A stretch of DNA of 64,000 bases from Firmicutes bacterium ADurb.Bin080 (GTDB lineage: Bacteria > Bacillota > Clostridia > Christensenellales > DTU072), in the NCBI GenBank assembly GCA_002070965.1, contig MWEH01000092.1, positions 19,066 to 83,065 of the forward strand, written 5' to 3'. Every line of letters begins with the position of its first letter. Position 1 is the stretch's first letter. A model generated the notes under the pieces. That model made no database searches and had not been told where the DNA came from. It saw only the letters and a program-made list of their open reading frames with translations. Below are positions 33,516 through 44,360 of the stretch, one piece after another. Made by a program: the position numbers and the translations under genes.

Positions 33516-33837
33516 TTAAACTGGAGATTTTGGATACATAATCCAAAGTATTGTCTAAATGAAATGTTAAAAAAGGTACTTTTCTAATCTTCATTCTTTC
33601 AAAAAGAAGCTTTCGAATGTAATTTGACATAGATTGAAGGATTTTTATAGCGTCATTACCTTTTGCTTCTCCACCATAGACACTAATATATACTTTACAA
33701 TTATCCAAATCTGAAGAAGCTTGTACTTCCATTATTGTGATTATCCCTAATGAATCCATTCTTGGATCATTTATATCATTGCGTAAAATATCTGTAATTC
33801 TTTTTTGCAATTCCGAATTGACCCTCTCTATGTTCAT
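33487..33837 (-). CDS. rbfA: Ribosome-binding factor A
   Basis: ATG lies 5 nt after GAGGTGA. The RVNSELQKRITDIL start is typical of RbfA. Confidence 0.9.
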   Translation of the reverse strand: MNIERVNSELQKRITDILRNDINDPRMDSLGIITIMEVQASSDLDNCKVYISVYGGEAKGNDAIKILQSMSNYIRKLLFERMKIRKVPFLTFHLDNTLDYVSKISSLIDETNKNKK

Positions 33838-33847
33838 TAATATCACC

Positions 33848-36316
33848 TCATTTTTGGACTAATTTAAAAGATTCTATAATATCTCCTTCAACAAAATCAT
33901 GGAAATCCTTTAATCCAATACCACATTCAAACCCTGCCGCCACTTCCTTTGCATCTTCCTTTACTCTTTTAAGGGACGTAATCATTGTATCTGCGACAAC
34001 AACATCAGCTCTAATCAGCCTTACATTAGCATTTCTAACAATTTTTCCATCTTTTACCATACATCCCGCTATTCCACCAACTCCTGGGATTTTGTAAACT
34101 GCCCGAACTTCCGCTTTTCCAAGATATTCTTCTCTGAATACAGGTTTCAATAATCCATTAATAGCGTTTTGCACATCATCCAATGCATCATAAATAATTC
34201 TATATAACCTTATATCAACATTCTTATTCTCAGCGGATATTTTTGCTTTTGAATCTGGCCTTACATTAAATCCAATTATTATTGATCCGGTTGTTTTTGC
34301 TAAGGTAACATCACTTTCATTTATTGACCCAGGTATGGCCTGAAGAACATTCACTTTAACTTCAGCATTCGAAAGCTGTTCTAAGCTTGATTTAAGCGCC
34401 TCTACAGACCCTTGTACATCTCCTTTAACAATTAAATTGACGGATGCCAGCTCTCCTTGAGTAAACCCTTTATATAAATCCTCCAAAGAAATAGTTCCAC
34501 CTTTAATTTTGTTAACTCTTTCCAATGCTATTCTTTCATCTGCCACCTGTTTAGTCAACTTTTCGTCATCAACAGCCATAAGATTATCTCCTGCATTTGG
34601 AACATCCTTAAGGCCCAAAATAGCGACCGCGGTAGAAGGACCGGCTGCATTAATGAGTTCACCTTTTTCATCATGCATAGCTCTTATTTTGCCAGTAATT
34701 GTTCCTGCGACTATATAATCCCCTATTTTAAGTGTTCCGTTTTGGACAATTACAGTTGCAATTGGACCTTTACGAGCATCAAGTCTCGCTTCAATTATCG
34801 TACCCTTACCACTTCTATTTGGATTTGCACATAATTCCATTACCTCAGAAGTAATTAATATAGTTTCAAGTAATTGAGTAATCCCTTCTCCTGTTTTCGC
34901 AGATACTCTAACGCAAGGAATATTCCCACCCCATTCCTCTGGAACTAGCCCTTGTTCGGATAATTGTGTAAGCACTTTATCAATATCTATACCTTTTCTA
35001 TCAATCTTGTTAATAGCAACTATGATATTAACCTTTGCCGCTTTGCTATGATTAATTGCTTCAATAGTCTGAGGCATAATTCCGTCATCTGCAGCTACCA
35101 CAATAACAACAATATCTGTTACGTTTGCACCGCGTTCTCTCATCGAGGTAAATGCGGCATGCCCTGGGGTATCAATAAATGTAATTTGTTGCTCTTTTAT
35201 TCTTACTGAATATGCTCCAATATGTTGAGTTATCCCACCAGCTTCTCCAACAGCAACATGAGCTTTTCTTATATAATCCAATATAGATGTCTTGCCATGG
35301 TCAACGTGTCCCATTATAGTAACAATAGGAGGACGTGGTTCTAGGCACTCGCCTTTTTCTTCCTCATTATCATGATATTCAGTAATTATTTCTTCTGAGG
35401 TTTTTTGAAGTCTTAACTCCAATGTTACGCCCAATTCTTTTGCAACTAACTCAGCAGTATCAAAATCAATTATCTCGTTAATAGTTTTTACAATATCCAA
35501 AGATAAAAGTTGTTTACAAATCTCCACGCCAGTTTTGCCAATTTTTTCAGACAATTCTTTTACAGAGATATATTTTTTATCAATAATAGCGTAGTCGATT
35601 ACTTTTGTTTCAGATAAATTAAATTCAGATTTCTTCTTGCTTCCAGTTTTTTTAGTTCTTATACGAACAATTTTTTCTTCATCTTCAAACTCTATATTGT
35701 TTTTTGTTTTTGAATCCCAGTTTTTAAGTTTTGTCTTTTTGTTTATTGTTGGGGAATCTGAATCCGTGTCAGTAAAAATATTAGGCTTTCCCGGTTTTTT
35801 TATACCTTTTGGGTTAGGATTATTAATAGGTTGCGGGATATTAATAGGAATACTTGTTTTTATATTTTCTGATCGATTTGGCTTTCTAAAGTCATTTGAG
35901 TTGGAAATATTTGTACTTGGTCTCTGGTATTGTTTTGGATATTTCCCTTCCACTGGTGGGTAATAAACAGTAATTTCCGGCTCAGAAATTGGCGTGACTG
36001 GTTGAACATCCAGAGAGGGAACTTCTTCTGCGATTTCTTCTGCCTGTTCTATTGTTTCAACGTTGGATAATTCATCAGTATTATCTTCCAATATTTCCAG
36101 AGTAGTCTCATTTGTTTCATCATTTAATCCATCTGGTTGAATGTTCTTTTGTTCCTCTTCTAATTTAATACGAAGAAGAATCTCTTCCTTCTTTTTATCT
36201 AATTCTGACCGCAGTCCCTTAATTGATGCCAAAAATAATTGTATTTGTTCTGCAATTTGAACTTTCTGCCTTTCTAATTCAGTTTTATCAATCTTTCCAT
36301 TATCTTTACTTGTCAT
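33848..36316 (-). CDS. infB: Translation initiation factor IF-2
   Basis: G-domain [16 protein letters not shown] and NKID. I prefer the ATG at 36316, which lies 5 nt after GGGAG. Confidence 0.95.
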   Translation of the reverse strand: MTSKDNGKIDKTELERQKVQIAEQIQLFLASIKGLRSELDKKKEEILLRIKLEEEQKNIQPDGLNDETNETTLEILEDNTDELSNVETIEQAEEIAEEVPSLDVQPVTPISEPEITVYYPPVEGKYPKQYQRPSTNISNSNDFRKPNRSENIKTSIPINIPQPINNPNPKGIKKPGKPNIFTDTDSDSPTINKKTKLKNWDSKTKNNIEFEDEEKIVRIRTKKTGSKKKSEFNLSETKVIDYAIIDKKYISVKELSEKIGKTGVEICKQLLSLDIVKTINEIIDFDTAELVAKELGVTLELRLQKTSEEIITEYHDNEEEKGECLEPRPPIVTIMGHVDHGKTSILDYIRKAHVAVGEAGGITQHIGAYSVRIKEQQITFIDTPGHAAFTSMRERGANVTDIVVIVVAADDGIMPQTIEAINHSKAAKVNIIVAINKIDRKGIDIDKVLTQLSEQGLVPEEWGGNIPCVRVSAKTGEGITQLLETILITSEVMELCANPNRSGKGTIIEARLDARKGPIATVIVQNGTLKIGDYIVAGTITGKIRAMHDEKGELINAAGPSTAVAILGLKDVPNAGDNLMAVDDEKLTKQVADERIALERVNKIKGGTISLEDLYKGFTQGELASVNLIVKGDVQGSVEALKSSLEQLSNAEVKVNVLQAIPGSINESDVTLAKTTGSIIIGFNVRPDSKAKISAENKNVDIRLYRIIYDALDDVQNAINGLLKPVFREEYLGKAEVRAVYKIPGVGGIAGCMVKDGKIVRNANVRLIRADVVVADTMITSLKRVKEDAKEVAAGFECGIGLKDFHDFVEGDIIESFKLVQK

Positions 36317-36647
36317 TTTTACTCCCTGCATATTCTTCTTCTAAAAACGTTTTTATAATAGCATCACACAAATTTCCCTTAAGTATAGAAATTACTTTTA
36401 CTCCTTTTTTTATTACTTTTAAATCCTCCCAGTTGGATAAAATCCATAATCTACAATTTTTGGTCTCTAACTTATTTAGCTTTTTTTGAGTATTATAAGA
36501 GAGATTTTTATCAATTAATATTACTCCGATAGCAGAACTGTTTTTCCCGTTAAGAATAGCATCCGAACCTATCAATACCTGCCTGGATTTAATAGAAAAA
36601 CCAACTAAAGTATTGATTCTATTGGATTCTTTCACTGATATGATCAT
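36306..36647 (-). CDS. ylxQ: L7Ae-family RNA-binding protein YlxQ
   Basis: Sits in the conserved position between ylxR and infB. About 110 aa. Confidence 0.75.
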   Translation of the reverse strand: MIISVKESNRINTLVGFSIKSRQVLIGSDAILNGKNSSAIGVILIDKNLSYNTQKKLNKLETKNCRLWILSNWEDLKVIKKGVKVISILKGNLCDAIIKTFLEEEYAGSKNDK

Positions 36648-36879
36648 ATATGTCCTTTTTTACGTTAATTTTAAAACTTTTGTTGAGAAGATTTTTTGAA
36701 ATAACCTTCTTAATACAAGTATTTTCTTGGCATATATAAACTCCCCTACCTCCTAATTTGCTTTCTTCATCAACATAAATTTCTCCGTTGTTTAATTTTG
36801 CTATTCTAATACAGTCATTTTTATCCTTTTTACTTTTACATGCAATACATGTTCTTGTTTCCTTCGGAAAATTTTTCAT
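36619..36879 (-). CDS. ylxR: YlxR (DUF448) protein
   Basis: RTCIACKSKKDK motif and RGVYIC. Sits in the conserved position after nusA. Confidence 0.85.
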   Translation of the reverse strand: MKNFPKETRTCIACKSKKDKNDCIRIAKLNNGEIYVDEESKLGGRGVYICQENTCIKKVISKNLLNKSFKINVKKDIYDHISERIQ

Positions 36880-36891
36880 ACCTTTATAAAA

Positions 36892-37956
36892 TTAACCCTC
36901 AATTTCAGTCATGACTTGAGTATAAGGCTTAATGTCGATTTTATATCCTGTTAATCTTGCCGCAAGTTTAGCATTTTGCCCATTCTTTCCAATAGCTAGA
37001 GACAACTTATCATCGGGAACTACTACTATCGCTTGGTTTTCTGTTTGGTTTAATCTAACCATCGATACTTTCGCTGGGCTTAATGCTCTCGTAATATATT
37101 CAGAAGGATCGTTAGAATATAAAATAACATCGACTTTTTCACCATTCAATTCCGAGACAATTGCATTTACTCTTGCTCCTTTAGGCCCGATGCATGCTCC
37201 AGTGGAATCTACATTTGGATCTTCGCTATATACCGATAACTTTGTCCGGAATCCTGCCTCGCGGACAATGTTCTTAATTTTGACTAAATTTGATCGAATT
37301 TCAGGAACTTCTATCTCAAATAGCTTTTTCACATATCCAGCATCAGCTCTGCTAACAATTACCTGTTGTTGTCCCTTTGGATTAACCCTAACTTTTTTCA
37401 CATAAACTTTAATTTGTTTCCCTACAGAATATTTCTCGTTAAACGGTTGTTCGTTTAACGGCAAAATCGCTTCCATTTGTGTGCCAACTATCTCAACATA
37501 AGTTGCTGTTGGTTCTGCTCTTCTTACTATTGCCTGAACTAACTCACCTTCTCTTTTGGTCATTTCATCATGAGCCATAATTTTCTTTGCATCATTAATT
37601 TTTTGTAATACAACCTGAGAGGCCGTTTGCGCCGCTATTCTAGACACTTGTTCAGGAGGAATAATTTCACGAACAATTTCGCCAACTTTTGCATCCGGAT
37701 TTATTTTCCGCGCTTCTTCTAAAGAAATTTTATGTTCTTCGCCTTCTGTTTCTTCTTCAACAACTTCTGCATAAGCAACACATCGAATTTCAAACTTTTC
37801 TGGGTATAGTTGCAAAGAAACAGCTCTGTCAAGTCCTGTTTCTTTCTTTAATGCAGAACTCAATCCATGTTCAAGAGAAGATAATATCATATCTTTATCA
37901 AGTTTCGAACTTTTTTCTAACTCATCCAATGCTGCAAAAAAATCTTTATTATTCAT
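36892..37956 (-). CDS. nusA: Transcription termination/antitermination factor NusA
   Basis: N-terminal domain, S1 domain and two KH domains (GACIGPKGARV, AIGKNGQNAKLAARLTG). Confidence 0.95.
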   Translation of the reverse strand: MNNKDFFAALDELEKSSKLDKDMILSSLEHGLSSALKKETGLDRAVSLQLYPEKFEIRCVAYAEVVEEETEGEEHKISLEEARKINPDAKVGEIVREIIPPEQVSRIAAQTASQVVLQKINDAKKIMAHDEMTKREGELVQAIVRRAEPTATYVEIVGTQMEAILPLNEQPFNEKYSVGKQIKVYVKKVRVNPKGQQQVIVSRADAGYVKKLFEIEVPEIRSNLVKIKNIVREAGFRTKLSVYSEDPNVDSTGACIGPKGARVNAIVSELNGEKVDVILYSNDPSEYITRALSPAKVSMVRLNQTENQAIVVVPDDKLSLAIGKNGQNAKLAARLTGYKIDIKPYTQVMTEIEG

Positions 37957-37990
37957 TAATTTTGTCCTCCGTTCATTCTTCTTTATATTT

Positions 37991-38458
37991 TTAAAAATCT
38001 AGATGTGGAAGAAGTGTTTTTATGTTTGCTCTTTCCAGAACTAGTGTTTTCCCTGCTGTTGTCTCAAAAGATACTTCCGTATCATTATATTCTCTAATAA
38101 AACCAACTATTTTGTTTTTTAAATTTTCATTTTGTTTTGTGACTAGATCGACTTTTACACCTATGTTTCTACGAAAATCATCATTGTTAACAATTGGTCT
38201 GTCTAAACCCGGAGAAGAGATAATTAAAGTATATGGTTTACCCTCAGAAATATCAGCATTTTCAAGCGGAAGAGATAATTCTTTATCAACCAAAACACAA
38301 TCTTCAAATGAAATACCTTCTTCTTTATAGATAAATATTGTAATATTAGTTTCTGAGCCTCTATTTTCAACTTTTATCTCTACTAATTCATAAGATAATT
38401 CTTCAAGAATAGGTTTTACTATTAATTCAATTTTGGGAACAATTATATTGTTATCCAT
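37991..38458 (-). CDS. rimP: Ribosome maturation factor RimP
   Basis: LEVSSPGLDRP-like motif IISSPGLDRP. Sits immediately upstream of nusA. Confidence 0.9.
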   Translation of the reverse strand: MDNNIIVPKIELIVKPILEELSYELVEIKVENRGSETNITIFIYKEEGISFEDCVLVDKELSLPLENADISEGKPYTLIISSPGLDRPIVNNDDFRRNIGVKVDLVTKQNENLKNKIVGFIREYNDTEVSFETTAGKTLVLERANIKTLLPHLDF

Positions 38459-38482
38459 TTGATGCCTTCTTTTTCTTATATA

Positions 38483-38517
38483 TATTCAATAAATAAGAGT
38501 GGCCAACGGACCACTCT
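38483..38517 (-). terminator. Intrinsic terminator after rluD
   Basis: On the minus strand: agagtggtc-cgtt-ggccactct (9 bp with one G-U pair), followed by tatttattg. Confidence 0.65.
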
Positions 38518-38556
38518 CACAAGAAAGTTATACTAAGTGCTTATACTATAGCATAT

Positions 38557-39525
38557 TTAAATTTTGTTTTCAAGCAAATCAAACAATAACGGATCCTTAT
38601 CATTACTATAGACCAAAGAATTTTCCCTTAAATAATGTAAAACTTTCAAAAAATCCTCAGGTGGGGGTGCAAAAAAAGACAAAAGTTCGCCTGAGGTCGG
38701 GTGAGTTATTTCTAAAAACCAAGAGTGTAGTAATTGTCCATTTACTTGGAATTTATTAGAACCACCATAAGTTAAGTCTCCGACTATAGGATGACCAATA
38801 GATTGAGAGTGGACTCTAATCTGATGGGTTCTTCCGGTAAATATCTGGTAATTGATCAAGGAATACTCTTTATAACCTTCTAAAACAGTAAATGCCGTTT
38901 TTGCGTAACGACCAGATGAAACAATTGCCATATTCTGCCGATTTTTGGGGGACCTTGCTATAGGTTTTTCAATTATACCCATTTTTTCATGAAAAATTCC
39001 ATCTACAATCCCTATATATTTTTTTCCCACTTTCCTATCAGAAAACTGTTTTGCAAGAGAATTGTGGGCAAAATCATTTTTAGCGACAACAATAATTCCA
39101 GATGTATTTTTATCCAACCTGTGCACTATCCCAGGTCTTATTTTTCCATTGATTGAAGATAGATCTTTTATATGATATAGCAATGCATTTACTAGTGTAT
39201 TTTCTGAGGTCCCAGCTCCAGGATGCACGACCCTTCCTTTATCTTTATTAATTACAACTATGTCCTCATCTTGAAATATAATGCTAATAGGAATATTTTG
39301 AGGGAAGACATCTATTTCTTCAGGTTCTTCTATTTCAACGGATAAAACATCATCCTGTTTAACTATATAACTAGGCTTATCAATTACATTGAACTGATTT
39401 TTTACTAGTCCTTTTTTAATAATAATTTGGATTCTATTTCGAGAAAAATCTAGTTCGTTAGAAAGAAATGAATCAATTCTTTTTCCCAGGTCTTCTTTTT
39501 CTACATATATTCTAATCTCTTCCAT
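38557..39525 (-). CDS. rluD: 23S rRNA pseudouridine synthase RluD family
   Basis: S4 domain RIDSFLS and catalytic HRLDKNTSG. I prefer the start MEEIRIYV at 39525, 8 nt after the lspA stop. Confidence 0.9.
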   Translation of the reverse strand: MEEIRIYVEKEDLGKRIDSFLSNELDFSRNRIQIIIKKGLVKNQFNVIDKPSYIVKQDDVLSVEIEEPEEIDVFPQNIPISIIFQDEDIVVINKDKGRVVHPGAGTSENTLVNALLYHIKDLSSINGKIRPGIVHRLDKNTSGIIVVAKNDFAHNSLAKQFSDRKVGKKYIGIVDGIFHEKMGIIEKPIARSPKNRQNMAIVSSGRYAKTAFTVLEGYKEYSLINYQIFTGRTHQIRVHSQSIGHPIVGDLTYGGSNKFQVNGQLLHSWFLEITHPTSGELLSFFAPPPEDFLKVLHYLRENSLVYSNDKDPLLFDLLENKI

Positions 39526-39533
39526 AAAGCCTT

Positions 39534-40028
39534 TTATTTTTCTTTTTTTGTTGTTGAGAAAAAATCCCATAAAACATAAATTATTATTAGAATACACCCA
39601 ATAGTCAAACATGAGTCAGCTACGTTGAAAACTGCAAAATCAATTATTTCTAAATAGACAAAATCTCTTACGTATCCAAATTTTACTCTATCGATAATAT
39701 TACCAATCCCCCCAGCGATAATTAATGACATGGCAATTTTAAATAATGGGTTACTAACTTTTTTTTGAGTTAAAATTAAAACAACGATTGCTCCCACAAC
39801 AGAAATAATAGATACAATAGTTAGAATATTAGTATAATCTGCAAAAATCCCAAAAGAAGCTCCGGTGTTTTTTATGGCAACAAATCTTAATACACCTGAA
39901 ATTAATATTATATCTGGTTGCCCAGATGCAATAGGACCATATATAAAATTCTTTGTTAGAAGGTCCAAAGCGATTAAAGATACAATTAAAAACAACTCTA
40001 ATACAAGGGAGTATATATACTTTCTCAT
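39534..40028 (-). CDS. lspA: Lipoprotein signal peptidase (signal peptidase II)
   Basis: Four-TM protein with NTGASFG and IAGGIGNIIDR...VRDF motifs. Classic lspA-rluD pairing. Confidence 0.92.
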   Translation of the reverse strand: MRKYIYSLVLELFLIVSLIALDLLTKNFIYGPIASGQPDIILISGVLRFVAIKNTGASFGIFADYTNILTIVSIISVVGAIVVLILTQKKVSNPLFKIAMSLIIAGGIGNIIDRVKFGYVRDFVYLEIIDFAVFNVADSCLTIGCILIIIYVLWDFFSTTKKEK

Positions 40029-40034
40029 TTACTT

Positions 40035-40063
40035 ATTATATATTACAACAAAAAAAAATACAA
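40035..40063 (-). promoter_or_regulatory. Promoter of lspA: TTGTAT-N17-TATAAT, with ATG 6 nt after the -10 box
   Basis: On the minus strand: ttgtat at 40063-40058 and tataat at 40040-35, then aagtaa, then ATG. No SD. Confidence 0.55.
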
Positions 40064-40115
40064 AATTATAATTATCTAATAATCATTATATTGTTTAAAA
40101 TATATATTCTTGTAC

Positions 40116-40784
40116 TTAGTCTTTAAAAATAGCTCTGCCAAGTCTCAACATATTCGAACCGCACTCCAATGCTTCGATATAATCTTCGGACATACCCATT
40201 GAAAGATACTTAATATTTTTATCTATTAAATTAAGAGAGTCGAACAAATCCTTAGCATGAAAAAAAGTATCTTTTATATAATAACCATCCAACTTTTTGG
40301 GAGCAACAATCATTAATCCTTCAATAGTAATAAATTTAAAGCTGTCCCTAATACTTTCATAAAAAGACATCACATCGTTTGGAAAAATCCCCCCTTTATT
40401 TAGTTCTTTGCCAGCATTTACTTCTATGAATATCCCTTGTGAGAGATTATTATTTCTACATATTCTTTCAATTTCTACGCATTGATCTCTTGAGTCAATA
40501 CTTTGAATATATCTCGTTTTTGCAACTAAATACTTAATTTTATTAGTTTGCAACCTTCCAATAAAATCCCAGGTATAACTACTATCGTATTTAGCTCTGA
40601 ACTCCTGCGCTATATTCTCTCCAAATACGTTTGGTTTAAGAATTTGATTTACTTCCCTAATCCTTTCGATAGGCTGATTTTTTGAGGCAATGATAATGTT
40701 AGAAATATCAAATTTTTCATTATCATTGAATCCTACATTGTTGATATTTTCTTTAATTATTGCTATGTTTTTTTCTATACTCAT
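40116..40784 (-). CDS. yggS: YggS/YlmE-family PLP homeostasis protein
   Basis: ASKNQP, FGENIAQE, WDFIGRLQTNK and LSMGMSEDY motifs. ATGA overlap with the upstream lipoprotein gene. Confidence 0.88.
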   Translation of the reverse strand: MSIEKNIAIIKENINNVGFNDNEKFDISNIIIASKNQPIERIREVNQILKPNVFGENIAQEFRAKYDSSYTWDFIGRLQTNKIKYLVAKTRYIQSIDSRDQCVEIERICRNNNLSQGIFIEVNAGKELNKGGIFPNDVMSFYESIRDSFKFITIEGLMIVAPKKLDGYYIKDTFFHAKDLFDSLNLIDKNIKYLSMGMSEDYIEALECGSNMLRLGRAIFKD

Positions 40785-43700
40785 TCTGCCACCTGAACAA
40801 AGAATTGTTGGAAATTCGACCATAAACTATCAGATAAAAATCCTTGATAACTTTCTTCTTTTACGAATATGGTTAAACTATTAAAAATTATCTCTTCTGG
40901 CAAGCTTACTGGAAGAGCAATTATTGTTGGTGGCATATCTTGTGATACTAGGTAAATTTCTAGATTGGAACTACCATCCCAAGTAAATACATCTTCTCCT
41001 AGTCTTTTGATCTGTGGGAGATAATATTCATTAATCCCTTTTATTTCAAAAAAAGCTCTGTTGGATATAAATAAATCTGTGGAAGCGATAGAGCTAATAT
41101 TTGCACTACCAGATGTCCCTTCTCCCGTCAAATCAATTTGTATAAGTGAAGCGCAAAAAGCAAATGACTCAATTCCTAAGTACTTAATTTTATTTGCAGA
41201 CTGAAATCTTATATAAAAAAGATTATCAGCGCCATAAAAAGCATAATCTCCTATTTGTGTACATGTTGAAGGAACAATGAATAAATTTTCTTCTTTGCCA
41301 GCTGGATAAGAAACTAAAATATCTTTATTCTTTGAATACAATACATTTTGTATATCAATAGAATATTTACTGTTATCAGAAGCAAGGTGATACTTTTTTA
41401 AAAATCTTAATCCGCTAAGGCTTCCTTCTCCGATTTCTATTACTTGAGATAAATCTAGTTCTTCTATATCTAGTTTATCGTAGCTCAAAGAAAAATCTGC
41501 TAAATTTCTCACATAAGATAAAGCCAATCCTTTAATATTGCCAATATCTTTAAATGTATTTTTGCCAATACAGCTGACTATCCTCGAGTTTTGTGTGTTT
41601 ACTTTTACTGTTCTAGGAATTACAACATATGATTTGTCCCCAAAATACTTGTATGTTGAATACGTCCCGTCCTCGTTTTCATAAACCCAAAAACTATTTT
41701 CAATCTCAATCAACCCATTTTTAAAAGAGTAATAATCATCTTTAGCAGAACCTTCAACAGACAAAACAATCAAGTTGCTAAATATTTGAATGTCCACCGT
41801 TTTGGCACTATATACGCTTGAATAAACTTTATCAAATATTTGGCCAAGTGAATTTACAAGTATCGGAAGATTAACTTCTATTATCAAATAAAAACTACCC
41901 TCGTCTTTTTCAGCAATAATTACTTCTTCTAAATAATGAGCAAAAGAGCAAATTTCCGAAAAAACTTGAAAGTAATTTAAAATGGAGGTTAAATTATCGA
42001 TACGTTTCAAAAAAATTCCATACTTAGATAAAAATATATCTTTTGTTTCTAAATATCTTTCTCTCAAAGAAAAGCTTTCAGGAGTGCTCTGCTCAAATTC
42101 AGCTTTAACATATACATTGTAATCCGGCATAATAAATGTGTCTGGTATTTCTTTATAATTACTATCTGGATCTGATGCCTTTTTTATCATTAAGCTAGAT
42201 AATATATATCCCTTGTCAGAATTTACTTCGAGAGGTACATAACTGCCTACTTTTGCTGAATTTTGGCCTTTTATCATACCGCCTTGTTCTGGATAAAAGT
42301 ATTTTATTGTGTAAGATACCTGCGAGATCGAGATCTCTCTAAAAGCTAGCTCTAAGTCAACATTCCCAACTAAATAATAACCTGATACATCCAAATCATT
42401 ACCTGATACAGTAATTGTAGCCTGCGCTAGATTATAGTTATTCCGGGCTTGGATATCGATAAAAACCAAATCACCTTCAAATGCATATTCTTTATCGGGA
42501 TAAATAGATAGTTTTTCATTTTCAAAAGCCCTTATTGTGTAATACCTTTCAAAAACTACATATAGAATTATTTCATAATTAGGCATTGAAAAAGAACATG
42601 TTGTAGTTCCAATTATCGGGCTAATAATTTCAAATATATCTATTTTCTCAGAGTCTTCATAATAATATATACTTTTTATCGCATTTTTTTGTTCTTCATT
42701 TGGAATTAGCGTTAATGAAATTACCTCATTGTATGCTGCTGACATAATTGGATTGGCAACCACCCCTTCTCCGGAAATCTGATATTCAATGCTTCTCTTC
42801 TCAGAAGATATCTCGTAAATATCTGACCTAAAGCAAATATCATAATCGGGCATAATAAATGAATATTGGTCATAAAAAGTAAAAATTTCATTCCCGTTTG
42901 GATATTCCCAATATTTAAAAGAAAACTTTTTCCCCTCCAAACTATCGAGAAGAGAAATTTTTATTAATTCATTTTCTAAAGCATATTCATGGGATAATGA
43001 AACATTTACAGTGCTTTCCTCATGAAAATAAATTCTTTTCCCTCTATATGCCACTTCGACAGTCATAACAGCATCATTCTTGGGCATAAATAATCTGTCT
43101 AATTGCATAAAAACACCATTTATTGCCACGCTGTCAATAACATAATCACTTAACGCAGAAATATCAAGCTCAATTTTTTCTCCTTCAGAAAAATATTCTT
43201 TATCTCCTTCTATTTTTACTATTTGACTTCCTATAGGAAACGGCTGTTGAGATAGAGTTAATTGATACTTCTCCGAATAATTGATCTCTTTTATTGTGGC
43301 GGAAAGGGTCACATTTTTAAAGGGCATTATGAATCCGTTTTCATATATTTGTATTTCATTTGCATAAACTGATTCCACAAAAAAATCTTGATCTGAAACT
43401 ACATCAAAATACACATATTCTCCCGGAGAAGCAAAGTTTTGGGAACAATTAATGTCAGCATTTGGATATTGACGTTTTTCGATTTTGAACTGATCATAAA
43501 GATCGATTTTTGAAAATGACACGTTGATATTTGTATCAAATGCACCCATTATGAAACTATTTCCAATTATTGGTTCTCCGTTGTTCAATATTGTAATACT
43601 TTCAACTTTATAACCCATCTTTGGAATGGCGTAAAACGATACGATTTCTCCTCTTTTTGCAGTTCTAGCTCCTAGAAGGATTTTCCCATCTAGATATTCC

Positions 43701-44305
43701 TCATTGATAACATTTATATCAAAAGGTCTCAATTCAAATACTGCAGATATAAAAACCTCACTTGATGGCATTACAAAGCTAAATGTAGACTCGTCAATAG
43801 GTATATCATTCGCCATCAATGAGCCTTCTTTAAGTCTATATCCATAATCTGAATAAGAAATATCTAAGGATACAGTTTCGCCCATAGAGGCTCTTTCTTT
43901 ATTTGCGGAAATTATAGCGACAGGCTGATAGTCCCCAATTGCGATTATATGTGGGTATGTTTCCACACTTTCCCATTTGGCGAAGATAGTTTTACTTTCA
44001 ACCGCTTTGAATAAAGTGAGGTTAAGCCTGTCCGTTTCTTTAAAATCTAGGCTCAAATACCAATCGATAAAAACATATCCTTCTTTAGTAGGAGATGAAG
44101 GCAAAATTATGCTATCTCCTTGTCTAACTTGAAAACTTAGAGTAGGTTGATTTTGATCTTCAACTAGAAAAGTCCCACCATTCGCATTAAAACTAATAAA
44201 GACAGTTTTATTAGCTGGAACATCTTTATTTGAACATGCAGTACACCCAAAAATCGCTAATAAGATGAGCAATAATAAAAATAAAATAATTGTTTTCTTA
44301 TTCAT
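40781..44305 (-). CDS. 1174-aa surface lipoprotein: Listeria-Bacteroides/InlB B-type repeats plus a C-terminal BspA-type leucine-rich-repeat region
   Basis: Signal peptide with lipobox-like LAIFGC. First repeat is VFISFNANGGTF...PTKEGYVFIDWY. About 8 divergent repeats end in F.MP...V.....FE. The C-terminal part has LRR_5-like segments (IPRTVKV...IGKNTFKD, IGEGSLSG, IGDYAFYG, LGIESFAFC). Confidence 0.85.
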   Translation of the reverse strand: MNKKTIILFLLLLILLAIFGCTACSNKDVPANKTVFISFNANGGTFLVEDQNQPTLSFQVRQGDSIILPSSPTKEGYVFIDWYLSLDFKETDRLNLTLFKAVESKTIFAKWESVETYPHIIAIGDYQPVAIISANKERASMGETVSLDISYSDYGYRLKEGSLMANDIPIDESTFSFVMPSSEVFISAVFELRPFDINVINEEYLDGKILLGARTAKRGEIVSFYAIPKMGYKVESITILNNGEPIIGNSFIMGAFDTNINVSFSKIDLYDQFKIEKRQYPNADINCSQNFASPGEYVYFDVVSDQDFFVESVYANEIQIYENGFIMPFKNVTLSATIKEINYSEKYQLTLSQQPFPIGSQIVKIEGDKEYFSEGEKIELDISALSDYVIDSVAINGVFMQLDRLFMPKNDAVMTVEVAYRGKRIYFHEESTVNVSLSHEYALENELIKISLLDSLEGKKFSFKYWEYPNGNEIFTFYDQYSFIMPDYDICFRSDIYEISSEKRSIEYQISGEGVVANPIMSAAYNEVISLTLIPNEEQKNAIKSIYYYEDSEKIDIFEIISPIIGTTTCSFSMPNYEIILYVVFERYYTIRAFENEKLSIYPDKEYAFEGDLVFIDIQARNNYNLAQATITVSGNDLDVSGYYLVGNVDLELAFREISISQVSYTIKYFYPEQGGMIKGQNSAKVGSYVPLEVNSDKGYILSSLMIKKASDPDSNYKEIPDTFIMPDYNVYVKAEFEQSTPESFSLRERYLETKDIFLSKYGIFLKRIDNLTSILNYFQVFSEICSFAHYLEEVIIAEKDEGSFYLIIEVNLPILVNSLGQIFDKVYSSVYSAKTVDIQIFSNLIVLSVEGSAKDDYYSFKNGLIEIENSFWVYENEDGTYSTYKYFGDKSYVVIPRTVKVNTQNSRIVSCIGKNTFKDIGNIKGLALSYVRNLADFSLSYDKLDIEELDLSQVIEIGEGSLSGLRFLKKYHLASDNSKYSIDIQNVLYSKNKDILVSYPAGKEENLFIVPSTCTQIGDYAFYGADNLFYIRFQSANKIKYLGIESFAFCASLIQIDLTGEGTSGSANISSIASTDLFISNRAFFEIKGINEYYLPQIKRLGEDVFTWDGSSNLEIYLVSQDMPPTIIALPVSLPEEIIFNSLTIFVKEESYQGFLSDSLWSNFQQFFVQVAE

Positions 44306-44311
44306 AATTAT

Positions 44312-44317
44312 ATTATA
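44312..44317 (-). promoter_or_regulatory. Candidate -10 box (TATAAT) 6 nt upstream of the lipoprotein ATG
   Basis: On the minus strand: taaTATAATataattATG. No SD, and the -35 box is weak. Confidence 0.4.
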
Positions 44318-44360
44318 TTACATATTTAAAAACATTTTAGCGAAAAAATGTGAAAAATAT

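Noticed and set aside
36932-37405. Long antisense ORFs inside real genes. Examples: 157 aa opposite nusA, 127 and 109 aa opposite tsf (52242-52864), 121 aa opposite the flavoprotein (16926-17291), 121 aa across the mutS/mutL junction (4522-4887), and 108 aa opposite infB.
   Set aside because: These are shadow ORFs fully embedded in strongly supported genes. They have low-complexity Ser/Phe/Leu/Ile-rich translations, no SDs and no recognisable motifs.
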